A DNA stretch of 64,000 bases from Spirochaetia bacterium (lineage in GTDB: Bacteria; Spirochaetota; Spirochaetia; WTKD01; G963693115). Shown in pieces: positions 59,384 to 64,000 of the stretch. The translations under genes and the position numbers were made by a program. How positions within the stretch are numbered: the stretch's first letter is position 1; each line of letters opens with the position of its first letter. The stretch lies in contig CBDDCA010000006.1 in NCBI GenBank assembly GCA_965226055.1, positions 64,001 through 128,000 on the forward strand, given 5' to 3'. The notes below the pieces were generated by a model, which had not been told where the DNA came from, did not search any database, and saw only the letters and a program-made list of their open reading frames with translations.

Positions 59384-59844
59384 TTTCATGTTTTTGCCCT
59401 ACATGTGATACAAAAGTATACATTAGCACTATTTATACAACAATAGTTTTTATAATATATAAAACTAAATTATTGTAACACAAATATTTAATAAAATATA
59501 ATCACTATTCATACTCATTTAATAGTATAAAATATATACTTTTATATACAAAAACTACATTCTTAGCTCTAAAACACTATTTCGTAATACATACAGAGTA
59601 TATTGTTGCTATATGAGTAAAAAGCACACACAAAAACATAAAAAAGCATAAATGTGTATTAAAATAACACATTTCCATACAATATATAGATGATATTGTG
59701 TAAAAATGCATCATATTATGCCTATAGTCTACTTATTTTAGCATGTATTATGAAAATGAAGTGGCATACCATATGTCAGTTTGCCTTAAGGCATGGTATG
59801 TATTTAAGGCAAGCAGCGATAAAGAAGGAAGAGAATATTACCTG

Positions 59845-60798
59845 TTATCTTGGTTTATATTGGTATTTTTCAAATCTAAGAGAAAAATATGCATCGTGAC
59901 TACCACTTTTTGTATTAAAAAATCGTATACCTTTGTTTGATTGTAGTAGTTCATATATTATTTGTTTATCATCTTCAGATGTTTTTAATCCAAAAATAAT
60001 TTTTGTAATACGCACCCCTTTCATATATGTTCCTTTTTCATACTCCTGCCGTTTCCCAAAGAGAATAAAGCGCTGTTCATGCTCATATTCCCATCTTTCT
60101 TCTTTAATGGCAAAGAGATGTGTTATATCTATATTGCCTGTTTTATCCAAGAGATGCCCTTTACTGTTTGCTTGTGTATTATTACTAAACTGCATACCAG
60201 CCCCATTAGAAAAAGAAAGCAAAGACTTAATGTTGTTTTGTGTATCATCACCATACAGCACATTAGTATGCAGTATCTTTCCTTGTTCTAGTAACTTCTT
60301 TGTTATCTCATACTCTATGCATATTCCTCTGTGGCTATCAGCATAATGACTAAACAAGAGTGTATTGTTTATTATCTCATTAGGTTTATCCTCAAGCACT
60401 TCTCCTTCTGGAGCAACGAGGGATAGTATATATGGCGTATACTCATCCTGCAATACCTCCTTCTCAAAATCCTTCTCTACATTAAGCAAAGGACATTCAA
60501 AAGGATCGTTCAGTGATGGAACATCACTGAAGTATATTTCATGCCTCTGTAACATGTTTATTGTATCCAGATTGATAGGTCTAAATTTATACCCTATTTT
60601 AGTCTTATAATGCTCTTTTTGTTGCTGACATTCTATATTAATTGCTATTGTAATATTTTTTCTTGCTTCTTCGTATTTTTTTGATAAGTATTGTGTAAAA
60701 CCTCTGTTAAAATATCCTATTGCTATCTGTTTACCCATAGTTATTAGTTTTTTCATACTGGTATTGTGCATTTCCTCCATTGTTATATGCTTCTGCAT
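59845..60798 (-). CDS. DUF2971-domain protein with one N-terminal TPR (true start uncertain, possibly 60738)
   Basis: YKFR, LNDPFEC, LFSHYADSHRGICIEY, K...WEYEHE.R, IIFG.K; N-terminal YFNRG...YEEA. Confidence 0.82.
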   Translation of the reverse strand: MQKHITMEEMHNTSMKKLITMGKQIAIGYFNRGFTQYLSKKYEEARKNITIAINIECQQQKEHYKTKIGYKFRPINLDTINMLQRHEIYFSDVPSLNDPFECPLLNVEKDFEKEVLQDEYTPYILSLVAPEGEVLEDKPNEIINNTLLFSHYADSHRGICIEYEITKKLLEQGKILHTNVLYGDDTQNNIKSLLSFSNGAGMQFSNNTQANSKGHLLDKTGNIDITHLFAIKEERWEYEHEQRFILFGKRQEYEKGTYMKGVRITKIIFGLKTSEDDKQIIYELLQSNKGIRFFNTKSGSHDAYFSLRFEKYQYKPR

Positions 60799-62248
60799 AT
60801 TGTAGATCTAGCTCTATCACTTTATCATAATCTTTTATTGCTTCTTCGTACTGATATTGTACTCTTTTTGCATTGCCTCTATTGTTGTATGCTTCTGTAT
60901 ATTGTGGATATAACTCTATCGCTTTGTCGTAATCTTTTATTGCTTCTTCATACTTTTGTAAATCAGCTTTCGTAGCACCTCTGTTATTGTATGCTTCTGC
61001 ATATTGTAGATCTAGCTCTATCGCTTTATCATAATCTTTTAGTGCTTCTTCATACTGATGTAATAATTTTTTTGCATTACCTCTGTTATTGTATGCTTCT
61101 TTATATTCTTGGTTTTTCTCTATTGCTTTATCGTAATCTTTTAGTGCTTCTTCATATCGTTTTAATTCAACTTTCACATTACCTCTGTTATTGTATGCTT
61201 CTTTATATTCTAAGTTTATCTCTATCGCTCTATCGTAATCTTTTAGTGCTTCTTCATATCGTTTTAATTCAGCTTTTACATTGCCTCTGTTATTGTATAC
61301 TTCTTTATATTCTAGGTTTATCTCTATCGCTCTATCGTAATCTTTCAGTGCTTCTTCATAATGGTGTAAATCAGTCTTCACATCACCTCTACTATGATAT
61401 GCTTTTGCATATTGTGGATTTAGCTCTATTGCTTTATCGTAATCTTTTAGTGCTTCTTCATATCGTTTTAATTCAGCTTTTACAAGTCCTCTGTTATAGT
61501 ATGCTTTTACATCTTTTGAATTTATCTCTATTGCCTTGTCGTAATCTTTTAGTGCTTCCTCATACTGATGTAATAACTTTTTTGTATTACCTCTGTTGTT
61601 ATATGCTAATATATACACTGGATTTAGCTCTATAGCCTTATCATAATATTTTATTGCTTCTTCATATTGTTTTAATTCAGCTTTCGCATAGCCTTTACTG
61701 TTGTATATTACTGCATCTTCTGGTTCTAACTCTATCGCTTTGTCATAATCTTTAATCGCTTTCTCGTACTGTTTTAGTTCAGTTTTTACAATGCCTCTGT
61801 TATGGTATGCATCTGCATATTGTGAATCTATCTCTATAGCCTTATCATAATCTTTTAGCGCTTCTTTATACTGATGTAATGATTTTTTTTCATTACCTCT
61901 ATTGTTATATGCTAGTATATATTTTGGATCTAACTCTATTGCTTTATCATAATCTTTTATTGCTTCTTCATATCGTTCTAATTCAGCTTTCGCAATGCCT
62001 CTATTGTTGTATGCTTCTGTATATTGTGGATATAACTCTATCGCTTTGTCGTAATCTTTTATTGCTTCCTCATATCGTTCTAATTCAGCTTTCGCATAGC
62101 CTCTGTTATAGTATACTTTTACTTTCTCTGCTTTTGTTGATTCAACTGAGTTAATAATATCTGTTAAAACAATGATACTTTCTTCATATTTCCCTGAAGT
62201 AAAAAGTTGCTCTGCTCTTTTATGTGAGAAATCTATATTGCTTGCCAT
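60731..62248 (-). CDS. TPR-array protein, 13 complete 34-aa repeats plus a broken 14th
   Basis: Repeated AYNNRG...L..YEEALKDYDKAIEL; no signal peptide. Confidence 0.92.
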   Translation of the reverse strand: MASNIDFSHKRAEQLFTSGKYEESIIVLTDIINSVESTKAEKVKVYYNRGYAKAELERYEEAIKDYDKAIELYPQYTEAYNNRGIAKAELERYEEAIKDYDKAIELDPKYILAYNNRGNEKKSLHQYKEALKDYDKAIEIDSQYADAYHNRGIVKTELKQYEKAIKDYDKAIELEPEDAVIYNSKGYAKAELKQYEEAIKYYDKAIELNPVYILAYNNRGNTKKLLHQYEEALKDYDKAIEINSKDVKAYYNRGLVKAELKRYEEALKDYDKAIELNPQYAKAYHSRGDVKTDLHHYEEALKDYDRAIEINLEYKEVYNNRGNVKAELKRYEEALKDYDRAIEINLEYKEAYNNRGNVKVELKRYEEALKDYDKAIEKNQEYKEAYNNRGNAKKLLHQYEEALKDYDKAIELDLQYAEAYNNRGATKADLQKYEEAIKDYDKAIELYPQYTEAYNNRGNAKRVQYQYEEAIKDYDKVIELDLQYAEAYNNGGNAQYQYEKTNNYG

Positions 62249-62343
62249 ACATGTTGCCTCCTATTATTTCTAATACCAGTGTAGTACATATCAGCGATAT
62301 ATGTGGAAATTCCACCTATTTTAGTATTATAAAGCTCTTTTTA

Positions 62344-63444
62344 TTACTGATCTTTTTTACTTATCAATTCTTGGATACTCTTTCTGGCTTCTTTATGTTT
62401 TGGATCTAGCTCTATCACTTTGTTATAATCGGCTAGTGCTTCTTCGTATTTTTCTTGCTTCGCTTTCATAAGCCCTCTGTTGTAGTATGCCAATGCATTT
62501 TCTGGATCTGGGTCTAGCTCTATCACTTTGGTGAAATCGGCTATTGCTTCTTTGTATTTTTCTTGTTTCGCTTGCATAAACCCTCTACTGTAGTGTACTA
62601 ATACATTTTTTGGATCTAGCTCTATCACTTTGTCGTAATCTTTTAGTGCTTTTTCATATCTCCCTAATGTATTTTGCGTAATGCCTCTAATGTAGTATAC
62701 TAATACATTTTTTGGATCTAGCTCTATTGCTTTGTCGTAATCTTTTAGTGCTTCTTTATATCTCTCTAATGTAGCGTTCGTAGATCCTCTGTTGCTGTAT
62801 GCTGATACATCTTTTGGATCTAGCTCTATTGCTTTGGTAAAATCAGTTAATGCTTCTTCATGCCTTTCTAGTATACCGTACATATTTCCTCTGTTGTTAT
62901 ATGCTTCTATGTCTTCTGGATCTAGCTCTATCGTTTTGGTATAATCGGCTAATGCTTCTTCATACTTCCCCAGTACATCATTTACAATTCCTCTGTTGAA
63001 ATATGCATCTGTGTCTTCTGGATTTAGCTCTATCGCTTTGGTATAATCGGCTAGTGCTTCTTCATACTTCCCCAGTGCATCATTCACATTTCCTCTGTTG
63101 TGGTATGCTTCTGAATCTTCTGGATCTAACTCTATTACTTTAGTGTAATCAGCTAGTGCTTCTTCATATCTCTCTAGTATATCGTACACATTTCCTCTGT
63201 TAAAGTATATATCTGAATCTTCTGGACTTAGCTCTATCGCTTTGGTGTAATCAGCTAGTGCATCTCCATACCTCTCTAATGTATCGTTTACATCTCCTCT
63301 GTTGCAGTATGCCATTGCTTTATCCGATTCTGTTGCTTCAACTGCGTTGATAATATCTGTTAAAACAATGATACTTTCTTCATATCTCCCTGCCCTAGAA
63401 AGTCGCTCTGCCCTTCTGTGTAAAAAATCTATATTGTCTGCCAT
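62344..63444 (-). CDS. TPR-array protein, 9 repeats, paralog of 60731..62248
   Basis: Repeated AY.NRG...L..YEEALADYTKAIELDP; shared N-terminus MA.NIDF.H.RAE.L...G.YEESIIVLTDIIN.VE.T. Confidence 0.92.
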   Translation of the reverse strand: MADNIDFLHRRAERLSRAGRYEESIIVLTDIINAVEATESDKAMAYCNRGDVNDTLERYGDALADYTKAIELSPEDSDIYFNRGNVYDILERYEEALADYTKVIELDPEDSEAYHNRGNVNDALGKYEEALADYTKAIELNPEDTDAYFNRGIVNDVLGKYEEALADYTKTIELDPEDIEAYNNRGNMYGILERHEEALTDFTKAIELDPKDVSAYSNRGSTNATLERYKEALKDYDKAIELDPKNVLVYYIRGITQNTLGRYEKALKDYDKVIELDPKNVLVHYSRGFMQAKQEKYKEAIADFTKVIELDPDPENALAYYNRGLMKAKQEKYEEALADYNKVIELDPKHKEARKSIQELISKKDQ

Positions 63445-63610
63445 ATATGTTGACTCCTATTGCTCCTACTACCAGTGTAGTACATATAGCGATATATATA
63501 AAAATTCCCCTTTCCTATATTTCCATTTCCCCCTTGAATTTACAATTATGATAGACTATATATGTAGTATATACATTGTTATATAATTATTTAAAACAAA
63601 GGAGTACAAT

Positions 63611-63778
63611 ATGTCAAAAATATCAAAGAATGCTAGACGCGAAAGCGGAAAAGAGCTCAAGAGTAAATGGGGTGGAAAAATAGTAGTAAAGTCAATTATG
63701 GAAAATGGTAAAATTCATCATTATGCTCAGTGTGAAAAATCTGGTGTTCAAGCAAGGAAACCTCGAGATTTAATGTAA
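63611..63778 (+). CDS. Small basic hypothetical protein (55 aa; absent from the ORF track)
   Basis: aaggag RBS; MSKISKNARRESGKELKSKWGGKIVVKSIMENGKIHHYAQCEKSGVQARKPRDLM. Confidence 0.75.
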   Translation: MSKISKNARRESGKELKSKWGGKIVVKSIMENGKIHHYAQCEKSGVQARKPRDLM

Positions 63779-63796
63779 ATATATATCTATACCTCT

Positions 63797-64000
63797 GTGA
63801 TTATATCTGGAAAAAAAATTCAAGACTTTCTCAATAAAGATATTATTATCGATCCTTTTGATGCATCACAGCTAAATCCTAATAGCTATAACTTGCGTCT
63901 TCATGATGAGTTATTTGTATATGAAAATGAAGCACTTGATATGAAAAAAAAGCATACATTACGTTCTGTTCCCATTCCTCCAGAAGGACTAGAATTACAG
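63797..64000 (+). CDS. dcd: dCTP deaminase, truncated by the window edge
   Basis: GTG start; MIISGKKI...IIIDPFDASQLNPNSYNLRL...IPPEGL. Confidence 0.85.
   Translation, partial: MIISGKKIQDFLNKDIIIDPFDASQLNPNSYNLRLHDELFVYENEALDMKKKHTLRSVPIPPEGLELQ

Noticed and set aside
60800-63310. Regular DNA repeats resembling a CRISPR array
   Set aside because: The period is 102 bp, in frame and protein-coding (TPR). There are no unique spacers and no cas genes in the window.

Overview
AT-rich bacterial chromosome segment, almost certainly from a spirochete (flaA flagellar sheath gene, nusA-infB-rbfA-truB, recJ-M23-rpsU, many lipoproteins). The core carries an AapJQM amino-acid ABC transporter, two tandem sugar/polyol ABC transporters with an SDR dehydrogenase, translation genes, rarA, an amidase cluster, pgm, argG, mutL, recJ, a group-2/RpoS-like sigma factor, dcd and three tRNAs (Val-GAC, Leu-TAA, Phe-GAA). 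Accessory content: (1) an intact IS30 element, a 106-bp IS30-derived MITE and an IS30 end relic; (2) a decayed IS1595-type element that appears to carry a type II restriction-modification pair as cargo; (3) a DarTG toxin-antitoxin inserted into the recJ operon; (4) a 1696-aa FN3/BspA(DUF285) lipoprotein behind a 16-nt homopolymer; (5) two paralogous TPR-array genes with a shared leader, one coupled to a DUF2971 protein, which is the best candidate here for an uncharacterised sensor-effector system. Items absent from the ORF track: rpsU (apparent ATC start), a 55-aa basic protein, partial aapM and dcd, and sigma54 promoters before hsp20 and the RpoS-like gene. All family assignments come from recognising motifs by eye; no searches were run.
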